From positions 480,001 to 544,000 of the forward strand of contig CAXXVL010000001.1 in NCBI GenBank assembly GCA_963667845.2: a stretch of 64,000 nt of DNA. The letters run 5' to 3'. Both the position numbers and the translations under genes were made by a program. Source of the stretch: Smithellaceae bacterium (GTDB taxonomy: Bacteria > Desulfobacterota > Syntrophia > Syntrophales > Smithellaceae). Below the pieces are notes generated by a model, which saw nothing but the letters and a program-made list of their open reading frames with translations, was not told the origin of the DNA and ran no database searches. Each line of letters starts with the position of its first letter. Position 1 is the stretch's first letter. Of the stretch, positions 37,774 to 47,951 are shown one piece after another.

Positions 37774-37983
37774 GATACGGTTTTCCTCCTTGATCGGGAA
37801 TATTTAGTTGCATCCGGGTGAAGAAAGATCATTTCCGGCCGCGCGCGTTTTTGCAGGGCGGCGTGAGGAATGTAACCATATCCGGGCCGCTCATGTCAAC
37901 CCCGGCTCTTCGGCACCGCGACTTTGGGAGGATTTGCACTTTACTGCCAGTATTGAGAAAGAGCAAGATCCGGCTCCGTCATC

Positions 37984-38535
37984 TCAGGCCGAATGCTTTT
38001 TTATCCACGCAACGTAGCGATCCATCCAGGTTTGCAGGATTTTTTTCGTGCCCGCGCTGATATCGCCTGCCTCATCAAAGAAGCCTTCTTTGACAAATAT
38101 GAAGGCTTCGGGCTGCCCCAGCGTCGGGACGTCCAGATAAGCCAGTACGTTGCGCAGGTGCTGCTGAGCCATGGCCGTTCCTGTTTGTCCGATCGAGGCG
38201 CCTAAGATTCCGGCCGGTTTTCCCGCCCAAGCGCTTTGACCGTAAGGGCGCGACGCGTTGTCGAGGGCATTCTTCAATACGCCCGGGATGGAACGGTTGT
38301 ATTCGGGCGTGACAAACAAAAGGCCCTGGACACTTTTTATTTCTTCCTTCAATTGCACGACAACGTCCGCCTGATGCCCATCGTCATCCTGGTTATAGAG
38401 CGGCAGATTATCGATGCGCATCTGTTTGAAGGAGAACTCCGGCGGCGCCAGTTTTATGACAGCGTTGGCGAGTTTGCGGTTAAAAGACTCTTTACGAAGA
38501 CTTCCGACGAAAACGGCGATTTTGTATGGGCTCAT
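37984..38535 (-). CDS. NADPH-dependent FMN reductase (ChrR/SsuE-like)
   Basis: VGSLRKESFN, VTPEYNRSIPGVLKNALD. Confidence 0.93.
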   Translation of the reverse strand: MSPYKIAVFVGSLRKESFNRKLANAVIKLAPPEFSFKQMRIDNLPLYNQDDDGHQADVVVQLKEEIKSVQGLLFVTPEYNRSIPGVLKNALDNASRPYGQSAWAGKPAGILGASIGQTGTAMAQQHLRNVLAYLDVPTLGQPEAFIFVKEGFFDEAGDISAGTKKILQTWMDRYVAWIKKHSA

Positions 38536-38709
38536 GACATCCTCCTGTAAACGTTAGAGAACTAAAGATCGCCTGGGCGTCCACACAGACCAATGCATTT
38601 TCCGGGCACAGGCTTGAATCAAGCACAGGACTGCCGGCCGCCAAGGCCAATTTTCAGAACTTAACGAAGTCATGATTTTGCAGTTGTCAATTGCCCGCAG
38701 CGACCGCAA

Positions 38710-38958
38710 CTATTTTCTGATGAAGCGGTACACCAATAAGACGATGAGCGCGCCCACGATGGCCAGCCCGAAGCTGTGGATGTCAAATCCGGTAATGGAC
38801 CCCAATCCCAGATAGGTTCCCAGAAGACCGCCGATGAAGGCGCCGACTATCCCCAGCAAAATGGTTGTGATAATGCCGCCGGGGCCCGTGCCCGGCATGA
38901 TAACCTTGACGATGATTCCGACGATTAAGCCCATGATGATCCAAGATAGAATTCCCAT
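38710..38958 (-). CDS. GlsB/YeaQ/YmgE-family stress membrane protein
   Basis: MGILSWIIMGLIVG...TILLGIVGAFIGG; 82 aa. Confidence 0.9.
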   Translation of the reverse strand: MGILSWIIMGLIVGIIVKVIMPGTGPGGIITTILLGIVGAFIGGLLGTYLGLGSITGFDIHSFGLAIVGALIVLLVYRFIRK

Positions 38959-39107
38959 GGATGGCCTCCGCGAAGTTGAGGTTAAATTGGCAGTTAACGC
39001 TTTCCGACATCACCCTGATCGACTGAATCAAATACACATAAGCTGCAAATAGCGGACATCCGGGGCAGACGCGAGATGAAGAATTCTATCATAAAACCCG
39101 GTCGGTA

Positions 39108-39959
39108 TCACGCGGATTGTTTCTGCGTCGTGATCGAGGAAATCAGTTCCTCAGCGTTTTTGAAAAACACGCGGTCGTAGAATTCCGGAGAAAGGTTGTA
39201 ATCAAGCAGTGTTTCGAGTTCGGATTCGCGCGGCAGGATCAGGTTGGGAAAATCAGATCCATACAAGATCCGGTTCTTATGCTCTTCGAGCGCCGGATTT
39301 CCGAGGTTGAAACCGCCTTCGCCCTGCTGTTCTTTGAAAAATGAGAATGCGGTATCCAGATAAAGAGCGGGATGGTCGCAAAGCAGGTCCATAAAACCCT
39401 GATACTCGAATTGACCCATGTGCGCAATGTTGGCCGGCAGGTCGGGATACCGTGAGATAAGTTTTTTGAAGTGGCTAAGCCCCACAAATTCATTGCCCAG
39501 GGGACCGTTGCCGGTGTGAAAAAGGATGCGTTTTTTCCGGTCCATGACCAGTTCATACAAGGGAAAGAGCCGCTTGTCATGCGGAAAGAGGCGCTGGACA
39601 TGGAGATGCAGCTTGACCCCCAGCACCCGGGGATGCTTCAATATTTTTTCCGCATACGTCAACGCGTTGGCATCGCCGGGATGGAACGCCGCAAAACAAT
39701 ATAGATCGGGGTCTTCATCCAGGACCTGCGCGTTCCACTCGTTGAGCCCTTCCGCAACGCCTTCGCGGTGGGCATAATTGGAGTAAACGATTTTTTGAAT
39801 GCCGCGTGTCCGCAAATAGCGGATGCATTCCCGATAATAAAACATGTAGAGGATTTTCAATCGATACTCTTTGACGAAATAATCCCAGATGGCGTCGGAC
39901 ATCTTGTCCGGAAAAAGATGAACATGAAAATCGGTGATGCGGGCGGGCAGGCTGGGCAT
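39108..39959 (-). CDS. Amidohydrolase-family protein
   Basis: DFHVH, GVKLH, FHTG, AHMG, YGSDFP. Confidence 0.9.
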   Translation of the reverse strand: MPSLPARITDFHVHLFPDKMSDAIWDYFVKEYRLKILYMFYYRECIRYLRTRGIQKIVYSNYAHREGVAEGLNEWNAQVLDEDPDLYCFAAFHPGDANALTYAEKILKHPRVLGVKLHLHVQRLFPHDKRLFPLYELVMDRKKRILFHTGNGPLGNEFVGLSHFKKLISRYPDLPANIAHMGQFEYQGFMDLLCDHPALYLDTAFSFFKEQQGEGGFNLGNPALEEHKNRILYGSDFPNLILPRESELETLLDYNLSPEFYDRVFFKNAEELISSITTQKQSA

Positions 39960-40079
39960 TGCTGATCATTTCCGTTTCATAAAATAGTCTGTGCAGTTTC
40001 GGCGTCAGGCCGGCCGGAAGCTCCTGAAATGCGATCGCTTCAGTCGTAAGACCGTATCGGATGACTAAGGGGCCGCGCC

Positions 40080-41279
40080 TCAGATTTTAAATAGACCCCG
40101 GTCGTAGACGAGGACCTTTTTGCCGTCCGTCAAATGCGCGGTCACGGTTTTCGGCTCGGTGTTGACGAGATCCCAGTGCAGCGCGGAATCATTGAAGCCC
40201 AGTTCTTTCTTGAGCGCCGGCGTCAGCTTTGCCGGGTCTCCGCTGAAGGTATCGCTGTAGGAGGAACCGAGCGCGATGTGGCAATTGCCTTCCTTGCCGC
40301 CGAAGTTTTCATCGAAGAGCGTCTCGGCCATGAAACGGTCAATCCGCGAAAACCTTTTGTCGGTGAGAGAGTATTCCCCGATGCGGCGGGCGCCCCCGTC
40401 CATGGCGAGCTGCTTTTTCGCAAACTCCTCTCCTTCGCTGGCTTCGACTTTAACGGCCTGTCCTTTGGCGAAGGTGATGCGGACGTCTTTCACGTAATTG
40501 CCGCTGCGGAAAGAGGGGAGGTTGGCATAATAGACACCTTCCGTCCCGCGCCAGTCGGGGGAGATAAAGATTTCAAAGCTGGGGACGTTGTGGCCGGAGA
40601 CGCCGGCCCATTTGCGCTTCGCGCCCGGCGTGATCTTCAAATCGACATTTGCCGATTCCATGTGGAAATATTTGACTCGAAGGGCGCTGAGCCTTTTCTT
40701 GATGGCGGTGACTTCTGTGTGGATGTGTTGCCACTCGGCCACCGGATCATCGCAATCAAGGTAGCAGCCTTTGATCACCTGCGCGGTGTATTGGTTGAGT
40801 GTCATCTTCGCCTGGCGCGCCAGTTCGTTCGTGGGGAGGATGCAGAGCGTCCAGCTGTATCGGCGCTGTTCTTCGCGGCGATCGAGAATATCCTTCAACA
40901 CTTTGCGGGAGACAACGGCTTTTCCGATCCTGGCCGGATCGATGTTTTTGAGGTGCGTGAGCGACTCGGGCGCATGCAGAAATATCCGGCCGTTGATGTT
41001 ATTGTAGAGTTCCCTGTCGCCGGGAGCGATAAAGGTCAGCTGCTTTGGATTGGCCTTTTGATAGAAGCTCAGTTCCATGCCGAATGTGGAGACCATCCGC
41101 TGCACCGGCTGGATGCCCATGGTAAGGAGCCGTCCATAGAGGATTTCAGCAAGCCTGAGAGCCGGCAGGTCATACTGAATCAGGACAATCTCATTTTTCT
41201 TCAGAGCCGCTTTCTTGGCCGTGGCAAGCCCCCACAGGAGAACATCGGCGTATTTTTCAAGGTTATTTTCGGTGAGCAT
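40080..41279 (-). CDS. Aminopeptidase (M29 family)
   Basis: NVPSFEIF, IGEYSL, LFDEN, HIALGSSY, NDSALHWD. Confidence 0.9.
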   Translation of the reverse strand: MLTENNLEKYADVLLWGLATAKKAALKKNEIVLIQYDLPALRLAEILYGRLLTMGIQPVQRMVSTFGMELSFYQKANPKQLTFIAPGDRELYNNINGRIFLHAPESLTHLKNIDPARIGKAVVSRKVLKDILDRREEQRRYSWTLCILPTNELARQAKMTLNQYTAQVIKGCYLDCDDPVAEWQHIHTEVTAIKKRLSALRVKYFHMESANVDLKITPGAKRKWAGVSGHNVPSFEIFISPDWRGTEGVYYANLPSFRSGNYVKDVRITFAKGQAVKVEASEGEEFAKKQLAMDGGARRIGEYSLTDKRFSRIDRFMAETLFDENFGGKEGNCHIALGSSYSDTFSGDPAKLTPALKKELGFNDSALHWDLVNTEPKTVTAHLTDGKKVLVYDRGLFKI

Positions 41280-41675
41280 AATTCTTATTTTCCTTCCGTC
41301 AGTTAAGGCATTTGATAGCCTTTTTACTAGGAAATTTGCTGCAAGGCAAGTGTTTCCTCACGGCCATGACGCCCCTGCCGGGTGGTCAGGACGGCCCTGG
41401 ATCGCAACTCCGGTTTTTCCCCTTTTTTGTGAAAAATGGTGTATGATGGGACCCAGAGTAATTCATACAGCACCAATCATGAAAAAGACGGCTTGAGGGG
41501 ACGACCATGTTGTCCGCACTGCTCCAGATAAACAAAAATTTGTTTACGAGGAAATGAGCGTTTTGACAAGGGTTCTCTTTTTCTTTTGGATCGTCGGATC
41601 ATTCCCACCCTATATCTCATTTGCGAACACCATTCACGAACGGCAATATAAATTAACACCGGACAGGAGGTGTCT

Positions 41676-42035
41676 GTGAAATTAAGATTGCTGCTTTTTA
41701 TTTTATATCAAAAGCTGAAATGGGCCGCGGTAAAAAACGCGGCTTACCAAAGTTTCCTGGGCAGCATGCAGGTGAAAATCATGATTAAAACAGCCGACGG
41801 GAAACACGGAAGATTGTTCATCTTCGACCGGGGAAAATTGTCCACCCTGGCCGGCGGCACGCATGCTTACGACGCGGCGCTGGTCTGGTCCGATGCCGGC
41901 ACCGCGTTTAAGGTGCTGTCGTCGGCAAGCGATGAACAGACATTTTTCGCGGCGGCCAAGGGTCAGTTGAAAATCGACGGCATGGCTGCTTATGTCCAGT
42001 GGTTTAATGATGGTGTGAAGCTGGTCATGAAATAA
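41676..42035 (+). CDS. Hypothetical protein, SCP2-like fold suspected
   Basis: RBS AGGAGG before GTG 41676; C-terminal AAAKGQLKIDG resembles the SCP2 end motif. Confidence 0.6.
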   Translation: MKLRLLLFILYQKLKWAAVKNAAYQSFLGSMQVKIMIKTADGKHGRLFIFDRGKLSTLAGGTHAYDAALVWSDAGTAFKVLSSASDEQTFFAAAKGQLKIDGMAAYVQWFNDGVKLVMK

Positions 42036-42189
42036 CGGTTTCATAAAATGCCCTGATCGCCTGAAGGCGACGCGACGGCACGTGCTTCCGGATACTTCTT
42101 CATTGTCCACCGCAGCGGCGTATATTAAGAATACGCCTCGCTCCTCTCAATTCGCGCGCCCTGCCGGCGGGAATTTTATAAAGCCATCG
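42034..42189. mobile_element. Small MITE/REP-like element
   Basis: Ends AACGGTTTCATAAAA and TTTTATAAAGCCATC form an imperfect inverted repeat; internal hairpin GGCGTAT-N7-ATACGCC resembles one at about 57278. Confidence 0.55.
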
Positions 42190-42336
42190 TCGTTGGAATT
42201 TTACCCCGCTTCCGCGGGACGAACATTAATTCTCCGCAGCTTGCTGCGATATAATGACATTCATTTTATATCTCGACAGCTTGCTGCGAGGTTGTTGATT
42301 CTGTCCTGAATAATATGGGTAAAAAGGAGAAAGGCT

Positions 42337-44007
42337 ATGGGAATGATTAATGGCGGTCATCTGGTCGGTAAATATTTGAAAGAAGTGGAGCACGTTGAAA
42401 TCGTGTTCGGCATTTCCGGCGGACACCTGGAGTCGATCCTGGACAGCTTCACCGAGTATAAAATTCGCACCATTGACGTCCGGCATGAGCAGGCGGCGGC
42501 GATGATGGCGCATGCCTGGTACGTCTATACCGGGAAGCCCGGCGTATGCTTCCTCACGGCGGGGCCCGGGTTCACCAACGGACTGACCGGGATTGCTAAC
42601 GCCTACCTGGACAATGCGCCGCTCGTTGTAATCTGCGGCAAGCACCCGCTGAAGGACGATCTCAAGGGTGCGCTTCAGGAAATGAACCAGCTGGATGTGG
42701 TCAAACCGATCACCAAATGGGCCGCCACCTGTTACGACATCAAGCGGATACCGGAATACCTGGCGATTGCCTTCCGGCAGGCCCTGGAGGGGAGGCCCGG
42801 TCCGGTAATGCTGGAGCTGCCGCCCGACATCCTCAACATCCGGGTTGACGAATCTGAGGTGCCGATGCCGGGCCTGCCCACCCGTAAATACACGGTCCAT
42901 CCCGACGACGCCGATCTCACGGCCGCGGCGGAACTGATCAACAATGCGCAGAAACCCTTCTTTATCGGAGGAACCGGCTTAGGGTTCAGTGCCTGTTCGG
43001 AATGTCTCGGGCAGTTTATCGATCAAACGGGGATGCCCTTCATCCTGCTCAACAACGGAAGGGGCGCGCTTCCCGACAATCATCCCTTATCCATCTGGGA
43101 TTGCGGCAATGTCGGCCTGATGCTGGCTGTTGCCCAGGCGGACGTGCTTGTTGTCGCGGGGATTCGCTTAAACTGGCTTTTGCAGTCGGGGGGCATCATT
43201 CCTCCGGCGGCCAAAGTCGTGCGGATTGATATCGACCCGCATGAAATCGACCGGAATCGCGTGGCCGATGCCGGACTGGTAGGCGATGCCGGCTCCGTGC
43301 TGGGCGAGCTCAATGGCCTGCTTGTCAAAAAGGACCGCGGCGAATGGGTGACCATGCTGAGAGCAGCCGGCCTGGCGATGATTGACGGGGAACTGAAAAT
43401 CCGCGAGACGGCATCCGCCCCCATCCATCCGATCCGCCTGGCCGAGCAGATCCGGAAATATGTGGGTGATGACGCGCTCTACGTCATTGACGGCGGCGAC
43501 ACCTCTTATTTCGGATTGGTCGGGTTTATGTCCCGGCACAAAGCGGGCGTGATCAGTCAATCTTCGGGACTCCTGGGATGCCTCGGCACCGGCATTCCCT
43601 TCGCCATGGCGGCAAAGCTCGCGCATCCCGAGATGAAAGTATTGCTCCTCAACGGCGACGGATCGTTCGGGTTTAACGCGATGGAATTCGACACCATGGT
43701 GCGGCACAATATCCCGGTCGTCTGCGTGGTCAACAACGACTGCGCCTGGGGCATGATCAAACATACGCAGGAAATGTCCATCGGCAAAGAAAGGCTTCAG
43801 TGCTCGGAACTGGGCACGCGGCACTATGAAAAAATGGTGGAAGGGCTGGGCGGACACGGTGAATTTGTCGCCAAAGACGAGGAGATCATCCCCGCACTTA
43901 CACGCGCCTTCGCGTCCGGCAAGCCGGCCTGTGTGAACGTGATGACCGATCCGACCGTCACCAGTCCGGCATCGGTGCTGTTCTATCAGTCTCTAAAGAT
44001 GGAATGA
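42337..44007 (+). CDS. Thiamine-pyrophosphate enzyme (acetolactate synthase / 2-hydroxyacyl-CoA lyase-like)
   Basis: VRHEQAA, TAGPGFTN, GDGSFGFNAMEFDT...VNND. Confidence 0.92.
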   Translation: MGMINGGHLVGKYLKEVEHVEIVFGISGGHLESILDSFTEYKIRTIDVRHEQAAAMMAHAWYVYTGKPGVCFLTAGPGFTNGLTGIANAYLDNAPLVVICGKHPLKDDLKGALQEMNQLDVVKPITKWAATCYDIKRIPEYLAIAFRQALEGRPGPVMLELPPDILNIRVDESEVPMPGLPTRKYTVHPDDADLTAAAELINNAQKPFFIGGTGLGFSACSECLGQFIDQTGMPFILLNNGRGALPDNHPLSIWDCGNVGLMLAVAQADVLVVAGIRLNWLLQSGGIIPPAAKVVRIDIDPHEIDRNRVADAGLVGDAGSVLGELNGLLVKKDRGEWVTMLRAAGLAMIDGELKIRETASAPIHPIRLAEQIRKYVGDDALYVIDGGDTSYFGLVGFMSRHKAGVISQSSGLLGCLGTGIPFAMAAKLAHPEMKVLLLNGDGSFGFNAMEFDTMVRHNIPVVCVVNNDCAWGMIKHTQEMSIGKERLQCSELGTRHYEKMVEGLGGHGEFVAKDEEIIPALTRAFASGKPACVNVMTDPTVTSPASVLFYQSLKME

Positions 44008-44134
44008 CACCATAAGGTCGCTTAGCTTATGCGCTTCAGGGAAAGTCCCGCCGCGCCGCGTGAAGGATTCAAAGATTCTAAATGATAAAAGCAGGATTTC
44101 TCGCTTCGCATGGACAAAGAAGGGAGTATAATCG

Positions 44135-45349
44135 ATGAAAGCGCTGCAGTTTAATGTCAATGTGCCGAAGTTTTTAATCATCCAGGCGCTCAGGCCCGTG
44201 AGTGCGAGCTTTTGCTATCGGGGGCCATTCTCCACGGTTGCGCTTGTCGATATTCCGGAGCCGAAACTCCCGTCACCCGAGTGGGTCAAGATCAGGACGC
44301 GGCTCTGCGGGGTCTGCGGCAGCGACATGAATCTCCTTTTCCTGAAAGATTCGCCGACCGCGTCGCCCTTCACCTCCTTTCCCTGCGTGCCGGGGCACGA
44401 AATCTGCGGCGAGGTTGTGGAAACAGGTCCGGACGTTTCGCGTTGCAAAAGCGGCGACCTGGTTGCCGTCGTTCCGTCCCTCAACTGTCCTACTCGGGCG
44501 ATTCAGCCCTTTTGCCCCAGCTGCGCCGCAGGATTAATCGCCAATTGCGAGAATTTTGCCGAGGGCGCGTTCTCGCCGGGGATGTTCATCGGCATCTGCA
44601 AAGACATCAACGGCGGGTTTGCCGAGTATCTCGTGGCGCATAAAAGCCAGGTCTATGTTGTGCCCGAAGGCGTATCGCCGGAATCGGCGGTGCTTACCGA
44701 ACCGCTGTCCGTGGGTTTGCAGGCCGTGCTGGACAACCGGCCTGCGGACGCCGATCGCGTGCTGGTGATCGGCGGCGGCGTCATCGGCGCCATGGTGGTG
44801 AAGTGCATGCGCGCCTTAGACAGTGCCTGCGATATCACCGTTGTCGAGCCGTCGTCTTTTGCCGCCGGGTATGTGAAGTCGTGCGGCGCCAACCGGACCA
44901 TCAAAGGCGGGATCATTGACGCGGCCGTCGAAATAGCAGGCGGCCGGGCTTATCAGCCGATGCTCGGCTGTCGCGTCGTGATGGGCGGCTTTGACAAGGT
45001 CTATGATACGGTGGGCCATGCCGACACATTGAATATGGCTTTGCGCGTCACGGCGACAAACGGCATCCTCTCCGTCATCGGCATCGGCAAGGAAGTAAAG
45101 CTGGATCTCACGACCCTGTGGCTCAAGCTGCAGACCGTCAAAGGCTGTTACGGCTATCGCTACAACAACATCGGAGGCGTCGCCAACCATGCCTTTCAAA
45201 TGGCGCTGGATTTAATTTCGTCCCGAAAAATAACGGTGGAGGACATGCTGACCCACAAATTTCCGCTTTCGCAATACCGGGAATTGATCGAGGTCAACGT
45301 CAAAAAAGAGGCCAACCGGGCCATGAAAACAGCCGTCAGTTTTGAATAG
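44135..45349 (+). CDS. Zinc-dependent medium-chain alcohol dehydrogenase
   Basis: GVCGSD, PGHEICGEV, structural Cys cluster, IGGGVIG. Confidence 0.92.
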   Translation: MKALQFNVNVPKFLIIQALRPVSASFCYRGPFSTVALVDIPEPKLPSPEWVKIRTRLCGVCGSDMNLLFLKDSPTASPFTSFPCVPGHEICGEVVETGPDVSRCKSGDLVAVVPSLNCPTRAIQPFCPSCAAGLIANCENFAEGAFSPGMFIGICKDINGGFAEYLVAHKSQVYVVPEGVSPESAVLTEPLSVGLQAVLDNRPADADRVLVIGGGVIGAMVVKCMRALDSACDITVVEPSSFAAGYVKSCGANRTIKGGIIDAAVEIAGGRAYQPMLGCRVVMGGFDKVYDTVGHADTLNMALRVTATNGILSVIGIGKEVKLDLTTLWLKLQTVKGCYGYRYNNIGGVANHAFQMALDLISSRKITVEDMLTHKFPLSQYRELIEVNVKKEANRAMKTAVSFE

Positions 45350-45364
45350 ATCAGGGAGGCAGCC

Positions 45365-45925
45365 ATGCGAGAAGCCGCTAAAAATGCTTTCAGTCAGATG
45401 AAACTTCCCCGTGTCAGCCAGATCGGTATTCTGGTGCAAGATATTCCCGAAGCGGTGGCGTCTTATGCAAAACTCCTGAACATCGGGTGCTGGTACCGCT
45501 CGAACACCTTGAAAAATGAGGCCGCCTACCGGGGCAAACCCGTCAGCATCGACGTGGACATCGTCCTTGCCTTTCAGGGCGGCATGGAGATTGAGCTGAT
45601 CCAGGTTATAGGAAAAGAGGAGAATGTTTATTCCGACATGCTGGCCAAAAACGGCGGCGGCATCCACCACCTCGGGTTTAGCGTTTCGGGCTATGACCGG
45701 AAGCTCGCCCAGATGAAAGCAAACGGGATTGAAGTGCTCCAGTCCGGCGTCATCACGACCAGAGGATCGGCAATAACCCGCTATGCCTACCTCGACACCA
45801 TCAAACAGTGCGGCATCATATCGGAATTGATCACCACAACCCTGAAGGGACTCCGGATGCCGCACGGCAGTCTGATCATGGACATCGGCTGCCTGACCGG
45901 CGATGTGGAGCGCGTCAACGTCTAA
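45365..45925 (+). CDS. VOC/glyoxalase-family protein (methylmalonyl-CoA epimerase-like)
   Basis: VSQIGILV, EIELIQ, GGGIHHLGF, YAYLDT. Confidence 0.85.
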   Translation: MREAAKNAFSQMKLPRVSQIGILVQDIPEAVASYAKLLNIGCWYRSNTLKNEAAYRGKPVSIDVDIVLAFQGGMEIELIQVIGKEENVYSDMLAKNGGGIHHLGFSVSGYDRKLAQMKANGIEVLQSGVITTRGSAITRYAYLDTIKQCGIISELITTTLKGLRMPHGSLIMDIGCLTGDVERVNV

Positions 45926-46171
45926 CCGGTCTTCCGGCACAGGGCTGGTGCGGGATTAAGGCGGATTCTATTTATTGATGCACCTGGCGGCCCTGTTATT
46001 ACTGCTGCCCGGTTTCTTCCGGCTGATAGATTTGTCCTACCAGAAAACTTCTATAAAATGCTTATCGACTTAACCTTGCTGCATTCTTAATTTACGATAA
46101 AGATTAAGCAAACCGGTGATAATGCGCTCTGTCGGCAGGGACGTATGTCAGCCGAAATAAAGGAGGCCAAC

Positions 46172-47905
46172 ATGTTTTTTGCAAAGCCAAACTTACACCG
46201 GCTCTCGCCGCTTGGCCGCGGCAGCAGCACTCATTCAGCAGCTGTCAGAGACCTGCACCCATCTCCCGCTGCCATCGCAAAGCGGATTTTGCTTTTCCTG
46301 GGTGTTGCGATCTGTTGCCTTTCCCTTGCCGCCTGCTCGGGCGATGACCCGCCCGGCGATCCGGCTTTTACGCTCATTGCCTGGAATGACCTGGGGATGC
46401 ACTGCATCGATCATGACTATTCGGTCTTCGCGATTCTGCCGCCTTACAATAACCTTCACGCGCAGTTAATCAGTGATGCTTCGGGCAAGCCGGTTACGTC
46501 CGGGGTGACGATTACCTATGAAGCGGTGCGCGATCCGGCAGGATCGATCAACACGACGAGTTTTCCAAAAACGAACTTCTGGGATTGGGTCCTCACGATC
46601 TTCGGCGTTAAACCCGCCAACGATATCGGACTTGCTGGGAATCCGGTTCAAAGCCTGACCCCTGCCGCGATGACCTTTGACGCCGTAAACGGCTATTGGA
46701 AGGCGGACGGCATTCCCGCTGTTCCATATGATGATGCCGGAAATACGAACTACTATCCGATGGTGAAAGTTGTGGCAAGGGATGCAGCAGGCACGATATT
46801 GGCCGTGACAAAAACCGTTCTTCCCGTGAGTGACGAGATGACCTGCCGGCAGTGCCACACATCCAATACGGGCGACCCTGCGGCCATGCCTGCCGCCGGC
46901 TGGGTCAACGACCCCAATCCTGAAAAAGACTGGAAGCGCAATATTCTTGCCCTCCATGATGACCGAAATCTCGGCAAGACTCTGTACACGGATGCGCTTG
47001 GGGCAAAGGGCTTTGAGGCTGCCGGACTGCTCGCTACATCGGATGGCGGACGGCCGATGCTCTGCGCATCCTGTCATCCCTCCAATGCACTCGGCACGGC
47101 GGGTGTTGCCGGGATCAACCAGCTGACGATTTCAATGCATTCCTGGCACGGAACGCACGCCATGGATGACGCGACGGGTCTCCCCCTGGATTCATCGACC
47201 AGCAGGGACGCCTGTTATCTGTGTCACCCGGGTTCGACAACGCAGTGCCTGCGCGGTGTCATGGGAAATGCCAGAACGCCGGCCGGCGATCTGCTCTTGC
47301 AATGCCAGAGCTGCCACGGTACGATGTCCGTGGTCGGGGCGGCGGGCCGCCGGGGGTGGCTCGATCTGCCCACCTGCGACGGATGCCATTACCGGTCCGC
47401 TGTCACCGGGAGCTACGTGCGCGATATCTCACCGTTTGCCGCTCCCGGTGTCTGGCGCACGCCCGGCGGTCTTTTCGGCACGAATTCCCGGTTATACAAA
47501 TTGGCGTCGACTCACGGCGCGCAGTGTGAAGCCTGTCACGGTTCAACCCATGCCGAGTACCCGTCTTCAACGTTAAACGACAACGTTCAGTCGATCCTGC
47601 TTCAGGGCTATGCGGGAAAGATCACAGACTGCACAGTTTGTCACGCCAATCTGCCGCTTTCCAAAGACGGCGGGCCGCACGGACTGCACACCATCGGCCA
47701 GGCCTGGGTAAATGCACATGGCAACCTTGTCAATATCAACGTGGATCAATGCAATACCTGCCATGGAAATGATTACAGAGGAATGTTCCTGTCCAAGACG
47801 GCGACGGCCAGAACCTTTACGGTCGGAGGCAGTGCGAAAAGTCTTACCGCCGGGGCAATGGTTGGCTGCTATGACTGCCACAACGGACCGTCCGGAACTT
47901 TTTAA
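46172..47905 (+). CDS. Nonaheme c-type cytochrome, probable lipoprotein
   Basis: Nine CxxCH motifs (CRQCH, CASCH, CYLCH, CQSCH, CDGCH, CEACH, CTVCH, CNTCH, CYDCH); lipobox LAAC; WNDLGMHC N-terminal domain; RBS AAGGAGG. Confidence 0.9.
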   Translation: MFFAKPNLHRLSPLGRGSSTHSAAVRDLHPSPAAIAKRILLFLGVAICCLSLAACSGDDPPGDPAFTLIAWNDLGMHCIDHDYSVFAILPPYNNLHAQLISDASGKPVTSGVTITYEAVRDPAGSINTTSFPKTNFWDWVLTIFGVKPANDIGLAGNPVQSLTPAAMTFDAVNGYWKADGIPAVPYDDAGNTNYYPMVKVVARDAAGTILAVTKTVLPVSDEMTCRQCHTSNTGDPAAMPAAGWVNDPNPEKDWKRNILALHDDRNLGKTLYTDALGAKGFEAAGLLATSDGGRPMLCASCHPSNALGTAGVAGINQLTISMHSWHGTHAMDDATGLPLDSSTSRDACYLCHPGSTTQCLRGVMGNARTPAGDLLLQCQSCHGTMSVVGAAGRRGWLDLPTCDGCHYRSAVTGSYVRDISPFAAPGVWRTPGGLFGTNSRLYKLASTHGAQCEACHGSTHAEYPSSTLNDNVQSILLQGYAGKITDCTVCHANLPLSKDGGPHGLHTIGQAWVNAHGNLVNINVDQCNTCHGNDYRGMFLSKTATARTFTVGGSAKSLTAGAMVGCYDCHNGPSGTF

Positions 47906-47951
47906 ACGTGTTCGATCGCTCGAGTCAAGAAACGAGAAAGGGGATATCCGT

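Noticed and set aside
40134..41306. 390-aa plus-strand ORF
   Set aside because: Antisense to the M29 aminopeptidase.
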